The notes beneath the pieces were generated by a model. The model was given only the letters and a program-made list of their open reading frames with translations, was not told the DNA's origin and did no database searches. DNA of 64,000 bases from NCBI GenBank assembly GCA_023473585.1, contig JAMCYU010000001.1, forward strand, positions 2,507-66,506, read 5' to 3'. A program made the position numbers and the translations under genes. Shown here piece after piece: positions 26,822 through 35,608 of this stretch. Numbering within the stretch: the stretch's first letter is position 1; each line of letters opens with the position of its first letter. The stretch comes from Patescibacteria group bacterium (lineage in GTDB: Bacteria; Patescibacteriota; Microgenomatia; JAMCYU01).

Positions 26822-27982
26822 TCAACTTTTGAGAAAGTTCTCCAGCTTTTCGGCGATAATTTGCCAGTCATAATTTTCTTCAACCAGTTCTCTGGCTCGT
26901 TTAATCATCGCTTCGTATGTCTCCGGATGATTCATAAGATCAATCGTTACCTTGGCTAACTCATCGGTACTGTCACGAACAATCAGAGAATCCTGATCAA
27001 AGCCTTCCTGGCCAACGGGCGTCGTCACCACCGGAACACCACTGGCCATGGCCTCCAAAATTTTGTATTTTGTTCCGCCGCCGCTTTTTAAAGGCGCCAA
27101 AAGAACCGCGGCTTTTTGGTAGGCTTCTTTAATATCTTTGACCGTTTCGTCAATAAGAATATCTTTTTTTTCTAAACGTTTAAGCCAGGCCGGCGGATTT
27201 TGACCGACAATGAGAAGTTGTGCCTCGGGGACTCTTTTTTTAATTTGCGGAAAGATTTCCTTAACCAGCCACTCAACGGCCTGTAAATTTTGAAACCAGG
27301 AGAAATTGCCGATAAATAAAACATTTTTAATCCCCAAAGCTCGCTCCCTTAACATTTTAAAGCTTCCGGTGTCAACGCCGTTAGGAATGATTTCAACGTC
27401 TCCTCTTTCTGTTTTTTCTTCGATAATTTTTTTATCGGCTGCCGACATGACAGCGATTTTGGTCGCTTTTCGCCACATCCGTTTTTCCCAAATTTCCATT
27501 TTAAAAAGATCTATTTGCATCGGCAACCAAAGGATGATTTTTTGCCAAAAGGGCAAATTATCTCTGTATCGCTTATAGGCTAAATATTCGATATTTTGTT
27601 CGCTTAAGAATATCGGCAAAGAAAGTTCGGGAATTTTATCCATTAAATAAAAACACTCGCAATAAATGGCCTCTATTCCAAGAAAATAATCGGCTCGTAA
27701 TTCTTTTGTCTTATAAAGATTCATGATTAAGGGTTTTGTGGAAAATAAGGTTTTGCCCAAAGCTTGAAGCGTCCAGGGTTTATATTGTCTTTTAATTAAA
27801 TGAATCTCGTCGCAAATTTTTGTCAACTCGTCAAGATATTGTCTTTCGTTATCCTGACGGATATAAGAAACCAGCGTCACCCGATGATTTCGCTTTAGGG
27901 CTTGTAGAAGATGGTAGGCTCTTATCTGACCGCCGCTTAAGAGCGGCCATGGCAAAGTCGGCGTCAAAAAAAGAATTCTCAT
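26822..27982 (-). CDS. GT4 glycosyltransferase
   Basis: PWPLLSGGQIR, IPNGVD, FIGNFSWFQN, GGTKYKILEAMASGVPVV. Confidence 0.9.
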   Translation of the reverse strand: MRILFLTPTLPWPLLSGGQIRAYHLLQALKRNHRVTLVSYIRQDNERQYLDELTKICDEIHLIKRQYKPWTLQALGKTLFSTKPLIMNLYKTKELRADYFLGIEAIYCECFYLMDKIPELSLPIFLSEQNIEYLAYKRYRDNLPFWQKIILWLPMQIDLFKMEIWEKRMWRKATKIAVMSAADKKIIEEKTERGDVEIIPNGVDTGSFKMLRERALGIKNVLFIGNFSWFQNLQAVEWLVKEIFPQIKKRVPEAQLLIVGQNPPAWLKRLEKKDILIDETVKDIKEAYQKAAVLLAPLKSGGGTKYKILEAMASGVPVVTTPVGQEGFDQDSLIVRDSTDELAKVTIDLMNHPETYEAMIKRARELVEENYDWQIIAEKLENFLKS

Positions 27983-29376
27983 CTAAGTTTTACAATCACA
28001 AAACGATCGTTGGTGACAATGGGTGTCCATTTTTTGAGGACGTATTGAGTTTCCAAATCGGGGACATTGGTATTGACATAATAATCTGCTCCCAAAGTTA
28101 TTTTTTTCTCGATCTCAAAACCCACTGGCCAACCTTGACGATTTGTCTGGTATAAAAAAGCCGTATCGCCCCCGTAGGGAGCAATAACTTTAGCGTCTTT
28201 GGGTATTAATTTATCCGTTGCCAAACCGGCCTCAACAATCGCCGGATTATTAATCCAGTAATAACTTCTTATCTCCCGCCAGGAGAGCAGGGTTCCTAAA
28301 AGAAAACAGAAAAGCACCATCGTCAAACTGGATAAACGCTGGAAATTGTTATTTTTGCTCAATAAAACCGCCATCCCCTGGCCCAAAAAAATGGCCAGGA
28401 TCGGTAGCCATAAAATTTGGTAGTAATCATGCTGAACATTGCCGCGGGCAAAAACAAGCGCGTAGAGAACGGTTCCTGCCAAGAGGAACAGATTCGTTTT
28501 TTGAGAACCGGTTGATTTAGAGATTAAACCTATAACTAAAAAGACAATCAGCCAATAACCAGAAATAAGCTTGGCCAGTCTTTCTCCCAATAACCAATAA
28601 AAATAAGCGCCGGAAAAACGGATATTCCCGTCATTTAAAAGCCAGAAGTTAGCCGGAATCCCTTCCGGGTATTGCCCAATCCAATAACGCCAGAACAAAA
28701 ACGGCAAAACCGCGAAAAGGGAAAAAAGAAAAAGTTTCAAAAAATAACGGCCGCCGAAGACAGGGTTTCTCAACCAAAAATAAACTAACGGCAAAAGAAG
28801 AAAACCGGCAGTAGGTTTCGTCAGAAGAGCTAAACCCGATAAAATAGCGGCGTTAAACCAAGATTTATCAAAAACCCAAAGAGCCCCGATAGCAAAAAAG
28901 ACCGCCAGCATTTCCGGCAGGATAGCCCGGCTGTAAAAAATGCCGTATGGTAAAAAACAAAAAACAATAAGGGTACAAAAAGCAACCAAGTCTCCGCCTC
29001 TTTTTCTGGCAAGACTAAAAAGAAAAAACGCCGTCCCTAATGAGGCCAGGATACTGATTAAACGCAGTGCTATTTCGATCGTCATCCCCGGTATCATTTT
29101 CGTCAACTTAAATAATCCCACCCCTAATGTTTGGTAAACAGGAAATTCCACCATCCTGTACCCCAAAAGATTATCTTTCCCCGATTGGATATTGGAGAGG
29201 TCATCATAACGAGGCCGAAGAGGGTCAAAACCAAATTTTAAAAAATTTCTCGCCACCGCCGCCGTATCGGCCTGACGCCAAGAATGCCAATCCGCAACCG
29301 GACCATTAAGCCGGTAGAGTCTAAAAACAAAAGCTAATAAAATAATGACGAGAAATAAAATCCGTGTTTTTATCAT
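27979..29376 (-). CDS. ArnT/PMT-like GT-C membrane glycosyltransferase
   Basis: Multi-TM; early loop DWHSWRQADTAAVARNF, EFPVY, YSRAILPE, LTKP, HDYYQ. Confidence 0.75.
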   Translation of the reverse strand: MIKTRILFLVIILLAFVFRLYRLNGPVADWHSWRQADTAAVARNFLKFGFDPLRPRYDDLSNIQSGKDNLLGYRMVEFPVYQTLGVGLFKLTKMIPGMTIEIALRLISILASLGTAFFLFSLARKRGGDLVAFCTLIVFCFLPYGIFYSRAILPEMLAVFFAIGALWVFDKSWFNAAILSGLALLTKPTAGFLLLPLVYFWLRNPVFGGRYFLKLFLFSLFAVLPFLFWRYWIGQYPEGIPANFWLLNDGNIRFSGAYFYWLLGERLAKLISGYWLIVFLVIGLISKSTGSQKTNLFLLAGTVLYALVFARGNVQHDYYQILWLPILAIFLGQGMAVLLSKNNNFQRLSSLTMVLFCFLLGTLLSWREIRSYYWINNPAIVEAGLATDKLIPKDAKVIAPYGGDTAFLYQTNRQGWPVGFEIEKKITLGADYYVNTNVPDLETQYVLKKWTPIVTNDRFVIVKLR

Positions 29377-32366
29377 TTAATCGGTACTTGTTTGACCTCA
29401 CGCACGACTTCCTGAAGTTCACCTTTTTCAAAAACAAAAACGTGAGAATTCGGAGTCTTGTCCAGAAGATCAAGGGCTTGTTCAAGGGAAGGAACCGTTT
29501 GAATTTTTAGCGTCTCGTCCCGGAAAGAATGCCAAAGAGCATCATCCAAACCAACCGGGAAAACCCAGGCTCTTCCTTCTCTGATGGGGACGTCAACAAA
29601 ATAAAAAGTTTTTCCGTAGGTTAAGGTTATATATTTTAATCTTAAACCCGAAAGAAGTTTAAGGCTCATTTCCCCGGCTTTATACCAGTCTTTATTGGTC
29701 TTGTTCAATTCGCTAAGATAATAATTCGTCAGCAATCCCATTATCAAGATTAAACTCAAGAGCGCATAAACGATTTTCTTTTTCCTAAAAAACTCATAAA
29801 TTTTACAAAGGGTCAGACCCAAAATGATGGCCACGCCTGATGAACTTAAATAAGAATAACGTTCGGTAATATTACCCAAACCAAGAAAGGGTAATAAGGA
29901 GAGTATTGCCAAACCAAAACTAAAAATTGCCAGCGAGGAAAATCTTACTTTTCTTCTTCCCCACCAAAAGATCATAACCGCCAAAACCATCGAAAGACCG
30001 GAAAACAGCAAGAAGATATTCTTATATTGTCTGCCAAAATTGCGCCAGGAATCATAAAACGAAAGAAAGTTCGGACCGGTAAGAATTAATCCAAGATAGC
30101 CGAGTAAATTGCCTAAGCTGTTCGCAAAAAATAAATTCAGATTATAATTATAATCGCCAGAGAGACCGTGCGCCCCGGCCCACGATCTTAAAAGCAGATA
30201 AGCTGGAAGCAAGAGTAAAAAGGCAATCTGTGATTTAATTCTTTTTTGCCCTAAGGTCAGTTCATACCAAAGAATGATTAGCGGTCCGACAATCGCCCCT
30301 TCGTAACTCAAAATGGCCAATAAAAGCAAAAGAAAAGAGAAAAGATAATATCTTTTCTTATTGTTTTGCCTGAATAAACTGAAGAAATACAAGCCGCCAA
30401 TAATTAAAAGCGCGGCAAAGTCATTGCCTATGGTTGAAATCCAAAAAAGAGACTCGCCATGAGAAGGCATGATTAAAAAGATAAGGGCTGCCAAAGCAGC
30501 CAATAATTTATTCCGACTTGATTTAAGAGTAAAAAGATATAAGAAGGCGCTCGTTCCGAAATGAAAAATAAGACTTAGCAAATGATAGCCGAAAGATTTA
30601 AGCCAAAAAACAGTAAACGAAATTAAATAAATAATCTTCGGCACCGGCCGATAGAAAAATCCAGCGGCGTTTGTAAAAAACGAGGGAATATCCTTAAAAG
30701 TGCTTTGGGCTGCCCACCTAAGCCAGGTGAAATCATCACCGACAAAATAATTATTTAAACTGTGGGCAAAAAAACTAAAGGTTAAAATAAAGAGAATAAT
30801 TATGGAAAAAAGAGGCGAAAAGAGAATTTTTTTAATTTCGCTCATTAAGGGAATTTTTTCTTCGTAATAGAGTTTTAAACCGCCAAGGGTAATGCCCAAA
30901 ATAAGCCAAATCGAAAAAGCCACTTTGGAAGCCTCAAAGATATCAATAAGAACGGCGTTGACAGCCAATCCCGTAAAACCGGCCGCAACGCCGATCGCCA
31001 AACTCCGAAGAAATGGCTGGGTGATTTTTTTTAAGGCGTATTTGATAAAAATCGCCAAGTTCGCGATCAAAAAAAGAAAAGATAATAAGCCAAAAATCCC
31101 GGTTTCTCCCAACATCCTTAGATAATCATTATCGGTGGCCAGATTAATTGAGGAATAACCGGTACCCAAGAGAGGGTTTCTTTTAAAAGCCGCAATCGCC
31201 CTGGGCCACTCTCCCTGGATACGAGTCGTTAGGGAAATATCATAAACTAAGGCTTTTTGAATTAAGAAACTTCCCGAAATAGACGCAACCTCACCGGATG
31301 TGGTTGCCAGGGGTTGTTTCTTGATAATGGAAACGGTCATCGTCTTGGGAGCCGTTGTGACGGTCGTCGGTAACCCGATATAGCCGCTACCGGCAGGTAA
31401 ACTTTCCTCCGCCGGACTTTTTTCTGCTTCCGTGATAATCTTTCCGTCTTCAATTTTGTCAACCGTAGCAATTGGTTTACCTGTCTGCAAATCAAAAACC
31501 ACCTGTTTAACTCTAAAGGTTTTTAAATAACGCTCGCCCACCCCACTGGTTATATTCATAAAAAGAATGCTGACCAAAATAACCGGAATAATTAGGAGTT
31601 TTCTTTTCTGCCACCAAAGCATGATGGTCATGGTTATTAAATAAACCATAAAAGAAACTCTTGAGGCGGTAGACAAAAGAAGAAATAAACACAAAAGAAC
31701 GATGCCTAAAAGACCAATTTTGGCTAATTTTTTCTGGACCCCGAAAATGAGCGCGCTCAAAATAGCAATGACAAAAACCAAATAGGCCGCCAGATCGTAA
31801 TGTCCGGCAAAAGTGGAAGTAATTCGGGCGCCTTCAGGAAGATAAAGAGGAATTCCCTTGGCAAATTCTTCGTTCATCGTTAAAAAAGCCGGAAAACCAA
31901 GCAATTTTTGTCCAAAACCGTAGAATAAAACTCCCAAAACGGTAAAGATCAAAATAAAGAGGTAATGATAAACATCTTTAAGACTTTTAACGGTGGAAAA
32001 GGCAATCAGAAAAATGACCATATACTCAATCCGGCGCACCCAGTGAAGGATAGCGACATTGGGGAAAAAATTTGACAATCTGGAAGATAAAAAAACCAGG
32101 GAAAAGACAAGGGAAATTCCCCCAATTAACCAGTAAAGAAAAATCGGCAAAGTTAAGGGTGTCTTTAGGCTCAACCTCCCCTTTAAGAGGTTAAGAACCC
32201 AAATAAAAACTAAGGCTGTCAAGAAAATATCTTCGAGTCTGATGTAAACCCAGGTATGAGGAACGTCTATTAAGGGTAATTTGGGCCATAAAGGGATAAA
32301 AGCCAATAAAAAACCCACGCCAATTTTTAAAAGATGATTGTCAAGCCAATTTATAAGCTTTCGCAT
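29373..32366 (-). CDS. O-antigen ligase (Wzy_C)-like domain fused to a GT-C-like membrane domain
   Basis: N-part: RITSTFAGHYDLAAY, TASRVS, R..EW..A...F...PLLGTG, DNDYLRMLGETG. C-part: YFVGDDFTWL, FFYRP, LSYE, ERYSY. Confidence 0.7.
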   Translation of the reverse strand: MRKLINWLDNHLLKIGVGFLLAFIPLWPKLPLIDVPHTWVYIRLEDIFLTALVFIWVLNLLKGRLSLKTPLTLPIFLYWLIGGISLVFSLVFLSSRLSNFFPNVAILHWVRRIEYMVIFLIAFSTVKSLKDVYHYLFILIFTVLGVLFYGFGQKLLGFPAFLTMNEEFAKGIPLYLPEGARITSTFAGHYDLAAYLVFVIAILSALIFGVQKKLAKIGLLGIVLLCLFLLLSTASRVSFMVYLITMTIMLWWQKRKLLIIPVILVSILFMNITSGVGERYLKTFRVKQVVFDLQTGKPIATVDKIEDGKIITEAEKSPAEESLPAGSGYIGLPTTVTTAPKTMTVSIIKKQPLATTSGEVASISGSFLIQKALVYDISLTTRIQGEWPRAIAAFKRNPLLGTGYSSINLATDNDYLRMLGETGIFGLLSFLFLIANLAIFIKYALKKITQPFLRSLAIGVAAGFTGLAVNAVLIDIFEASKVAFSIWLILGITLGGLKLYYEEKIPLMSEIKKILFSPLFSIIILFILTFSFFAHSLNNYFVGDDFTWLRWAAQSTFKDIPSFFTNAAGFFYRPVPKIIYLISFTVFWLKSFGYHLLSLIFHFGTSAFLYLFTLKSSRNKLLAALAALIFLIMPSHGESLFWISTIGNDFAALLIIGGLYFFSLFRQNNKKRYYLFSFLLLLLAILSYEGAIVGPLIILWYELTLGQKRIKSQIAFLLLLPAYLLLRSWAGAHGLSGDYNYNLNLFFANSLGNLLGYLGLILTGPNFLSFYDSWRNFGRQYKNIFLLFSGLSMVLAVMIFWWGRRKVRFSSLAIFSFGLAILSLLPFLGLGNITERYSYLSSSGVAIILGLTLCKIYEFFRKKKIVYALLSLILIMGLLTNYYLSELNKTNKDWYKAGEMSLKLLSGLRLKYITLTYGKTFYFVDVPIREGRAWVFPVGLDDALWHSFRDETLKIQTVPSLEQALDLLDKTPNSHVFVFEKGELQEVVREVKQVPIK

Positions 32367-33234
32367 AAATTCTTTTTGCTTCCGGGTCTTTAGCGATTAT
32401 ACCAAAAAGAACATATCTTACCAAGGCTCCTGATTTTAAAAGAAACCTTAAAATCGGCATCTGTAAGGGTGATTTGTGTTTTTTAAAAAAATACAAAATC
32501 TCTTGAAATTCTTCAGCGATACCCGCTAAATCGTCCCTGGCGGAAGAACCTTTAAGATGAACGACCCCAGCTTGGGGGTTAAAAACGATCTTTATACCAA
32601 ATTTACTCGCCCTGGCACACCAATCAACCTCCTCCACGTACATAAACATCTTTTCGTCGAAATAACCAACTTTTTCGATCATTTCCCTGGTGGTCAAGAG
32701 AAAGGCGCCTGTCACCCAGCCTAAATCCTGTTGGCGAGTATAGAACTTTAGATTATCCATATGATATGGTTTAAGAAACTGATTTAAAAAATCGAGATTA
32801 TCCAAAAAACTCATCCATAAAAAAACATTAAATAAATTCGGCAGGAATCCTCCTGATGGTTGCAGCGAACCGTCAAGGTTCCTGATCTGACAACCAACAA
32901 CCCCGACTTCCTGATGATTTTGTAAAAAAGAGAGTTCCGTCTCGATCGCTTTTTCAGAAACTAACGTGTCGCTATTTAAAATAAGAAGATAAGTCCCTTT
33001 TGCCTCTCTTAGTCCCTGATTGACAGCTTTGGCAAAACCCAGATTTTTTAGATTTTTTAAAATTTTAACCTGCCCATATCTTTTCTCAACCTCTGCCGCT
33101 GTTTTATCTTCCGAGGCATTGTCAACGACAATGATCTCAAAATCTCCGTTTGTCGTTTGATAAATTGAGGCAAGACAATTAAGAAGAAGGTCGCAGGTAT
33201 TATAACTGGGAATAATAATCGAAAGATCAGCCAT
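32341..33234 (-). CDS. GT2 glycosyltransferase (WbbL-like)
   Basis: SIIIPSYN, VVDNASED, NLGFAKAVN, ILNSD, FMYVEEVDW; likely start ATG 33234. Confidence 0.9.
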   Translation of the reverse strand: MADLSIIIPSYNTCDLLLNCLASIYQTTNGDFEIIVVDNASEDKTAAEVEKRYGQVKILKNLKNLGFAKAVNQGLREAKGTYLLILNSDTLVSEKAIETELSFLQNHQEVGVVGCQIRNLDGSLQPSGGFLPNLFNVFLWMSFLDNLDFLNQFLKPYHMDNLKFYTRQQDLGWVTGAFLLTTREMIEKVGYFDEKMFMYVEEVDWCARASKFGIKIVFNPQAGVVHLKGSSARDDLAGIAEEFQEILYFFKKHKSPLQMPILRFLLKSGALVRYVLFGIIAKDPEAKRIYAKAYKLA

Positions 33235-33235
33235 A

Positions 33236-33832
33236 TTATTGGAAGAGCCTGGCTCGTCCCAGACGGTATTGGGGATCTTTAAGCTGTCTTTCGGCAATCG
33301 GCTTGGCCGGAACACCACCTACCACCGTAAATTCAGGCACGTCTTTGGTTACCACCGCGCCGGCGGCCAAAATCGCTCCCCTGCCCACTTTAACCCCGGG
33401 CTGAATCATCACTCTCGGGCCGATAAAAACATAGTCAGCGATGGTCACGGGTGCACTGATCGCTTCAAAATCAGGACTATGGATGTTATGTTTGGCGTTA
33501 TAAATAAGAACCTGAGAGGCGATATCGACATGATCGCCGATAGAAAGAGGCGCCCGGCCGTCCAAAAAGACATGATCGCCGATGATCGTATCTTCGCCGA
33601 TGGTCACGCCTTTGGGATCAAAAAAATTCGCCCACATATGAATAATTGAGCCTTTGCCGATTTTCACGCCGGCAAGTTTATAAACCCAACGCCTGACAAA
33701 GTGCAACGGCACATGTCCTATCAATCGCAAAATCATAATTTCAAAATCAAGCCAGTAGTTATAAAGCCGGTTGACAATTTTCAGCAAAGCCTGGCTGAAA
33801 CTTAGTTCTAGACCATTTTTATCTTTAAACAT
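33236..33832 (-). CDS. Hexapeptide-repeat O-acyltransferase
   Basis: Left-handed beta-helix repeats; GAVVTKDVP..VVGGVPAK. Confidence 0.88.
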   Translation of the reverse strand: MFKDKNGLELSFSQALLKIVNRLYNYWLDFEIMILRLIGHVPLHFVRRWVYKLAGVKIGKGSIIHMWANFFDPKGVTIGEDTIIGDHVFLDGRAPLSIGDHVDIASQVLIYNAKHNIHSPDFEAISAPVTIADYVFIGPRVMIQPGVKVGRGAILAAGAVVTKDVPEFTVVGGVPAKPIAERQLKDPQYRLGRARLFQ

Positions 33833-34979
33833 GTTTTTCTCCTACTTGTTTTAAAACATTTAACGTCTCTTTGGCGCATTTTTCCCAGCTGAATTTACTT
33901 GCCTGGATTTTCCCTTTTTCAATCAGCACCATTCTTTCATCACTCTCTATCGTTAAGACCTTTTCCAGGCCTTGGATAATGTCTTGGCTATCGTTAGGAT
34001 CAACCAGAATCCCCGCCTCGCCAACCACTTCCGGAAGACTGGAAGTATTTGAGGTAACAACCGGACAACCATAGTTTAAAGCTTCCAAAACCGGCAAACC
34101 GAATCCCTCATAAAGACTGACCAAAACAAAACATTTGGCCTTTTGATAAAGAGCTGGCAGATCCTCATCCGGCACATAATCTAAAAATTTAACCTTCCTT
34201 TCGACGCCGAATTTGCGGGGCGCTTCATAAATCTCCCGATAAAGCCAGCCGGGCTTCCCGACGATAACCAGGGTATAGGGATTGGGATTTAAAGAAGAAA
34301 AGGCCTCAATTAATTTAACAAAGTTTTTCCTCGGCTGCAGCGTCCCCACCGATAAAATGTAGTCATTTTCTATACCGTATTTCTTTTTTATCTCTTCCAT
34401 ACTTAATACTTGATACTTAATACTTGTTACTTGTGTCAGTCCCGGATACGTCACCACTACTTTATCTTCTGCTATTTGATAATACTTAATTATATCACGC
34501 TTCGAAGCTTGCGAGATAGTTAAGACCTTTCTGGCTTTTTTAACCGAATAGGCGGTCCAGTTTTTAAGCTGATAAAGATCGCTTTTTTTAAACATTTCCG
34601 GATATTTCAAAAACGAAAGGTCCATGACGGAAACGACTCTGGGAAAGGGACAAAATCGAGGCGCGTAATGAGTGGGTGTAAAAAAAACGTCAATCTTTTC
34701 TTTTTCACTTAACTTATTTTTCAAAAGCGCCAAGGGCAAGCCTAATTGCGTCCATAACTTTTTGGGGCCGACGATTTTATATTTCCACCGCTCGGTCTCG
34801 TTAGGCAAATCTATCGATGGCTTGTTTTTTAAATATACTTGATAATTAATACTTGATTCTTGATACCTGTCGAATTGTTTTAACAATTCAAAGGCATACC
34901 TGCCTACTCCGACCCTGGTTTTGAAATTAGCCTCATTACCATCAACACCAATTAAAAGAGTTTTTGTCTTGTCTTGCAT
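33825..34979 (-). CDS. GT4 glycosyltransferase (full length, with heptamer inserts)
   Basis: GVDGNEAN..RVGVGRY, SVMDLSF, VGTLQPRKN, SLYEGFGLPVLEA. Confidence 0.92.
   Translation of the reverse strand: MQDKTKTLLIGVDGNEANFKTRVGVGRYAFELLKQFDRYQESSINYQVYLKNKPSIDLPNETERWKYKIVGPKKLWTQLGLPLALLKNKLSEKEKIDVFFTPTHYAPRFCPFPRVVSVMDLSFLKYPEMFKKSDLYQLKNWTAYSVKKARKVLTISQASKRDIIKYYQIAEDKVVVTYPGLTQVTSIKYQVLSMEEIKKKYGIENDYILSVGTLQPRKNFVKLIEAFSSLNPNPYTLVIVGKPGWLYREIYEAPRKFGVERKVKFLDYVPDEDLPALYQKAKCFVLVSLYEGFGLPVLEALNYGCPVVTSNTSSLPEVVGEAGILVDPNDSQDIIQGLEKVLTIESDERMVLIEKGKIQASKFSWEKCAKETLNVLKQVGEKHV
34400..34434. repeat. In-frame heptamer repeat at the GT-B interdomain linker
   Basis: + strand TACTTAA TACTTGA TACTTAA TACTTGT TACTTGT; encodes TQVTSIKYQVLS just after VVVTYPG. 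Confidence 0.85.
34836..34870. repeat. In-frame heptamer repeat
   Basis: + strand TACTTGA TAATTAA TACTTGA TTCTTGA TACCTGT; encodes RYQESSINYQV. Confidence 0.7.
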
Positions 34980-35002
34980 AAATAAATTCTTTTATGAGAT
35001 TT

Positions 35003-35028
35003 ACTATATTGCTTTAAAGTAATATAGT
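35003..35028. promoter_or_regulatory. 26-bp near-perfect palindrome (possible operator or hairpin)
   Basis: ACTATATTGCTTT|AAAGTAATATAGT with one mismatch, in a 77-nt intergenic gap. Confidence 0.5.
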
Positions 35029-35056
35029 TTTTAGCCTTATTTTCTACGTTCTTCTC

Positions 35057-35608
35057 TTAAATTCTCCTCCAGTCTTCCACTTTCCCCGGATAAGTTACTT
35101 TTAGTCTTTTCTCTTCAATCCCTAAAATTTGCATGGCATCCCGTTTTGTGCTTTCGGAAATAGAAAAAATAACCGCTGACTCTTTTTTAACCCATTTAAG
35201 CTTCCTTTTTTGAGTCGCCACGATTTTTTTAGCGGTTTCCTCTGGATATTTGTAAACGATAAGATCATACAAAATGGTGGCTTTTTTAGCCTTTAATACC
35301 GGCGGTTCGGTCCAGTCAGAAGTAATAAAGATGTCAACGTCTCCGATAAACCATTCTATGGGGAAAAGATGCAGTCTGTTCCAGAGAAAAGCCAATAGAG
35401 CAAGTGGCAGCCAGAATGTTTTAAGCCGAACATTATTATGCTTGATACTTGATACTGGAAACTTAATACTTTTCCTCAAACTTGAAAAAAACAGAACATA
35501 CTCATTTTTTTTGTCTATCTTTAACAAGTTCTCCACCAAATTCCCTAAATAAGAAGCGACTCCGGTTTTCTCATACGCCATCTGACTAATATCAATGCCT
35601 ATTCTCAT
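35057..35608 (-). CDS. Orphan GT4 N-terminal domain (no C-terminal half downstream)
   Basis: MRIGIDISQ..TGVASY, SDWTEPP, TILYDLI, SISESTKRD; ends VTYPG plus 8 aa. The next gene is a complete GT4. Confidence 0.8.
   Translation of the reverse strand: MRIGIDISQMAYEKTGVASYLGNLVENLLKIDKKNEYVLFFSSLRKSIKFPVSSIKHNNVRLKTFWLPLALLAFLWNRLHLFPIEWFIGDVDIFITSDWTEPPVLKAKKATILYDLIVYKYPEETAKKIVATQKRKLKWVKKESAVIFSISESTKRDAMQILGIEEKRLKVTYPGKVEDWRRI
35439..35473. repeat. In-frame heptamer repeat
   Basis: + strand TGCTTGA TACTTGA TACTGGA AACTTAA TACTTTT; encodes KSIKFPVSSIKH. Confidence 0.7.

Noticed and set aside
29373-32366. Evidence for LPS or an outer membrane
   Set aside because: No lipid A, Kdo or Lpt genes in the window; Wzy_C domains also occur in polymerases and protein O-oligosaccharyltransferases.
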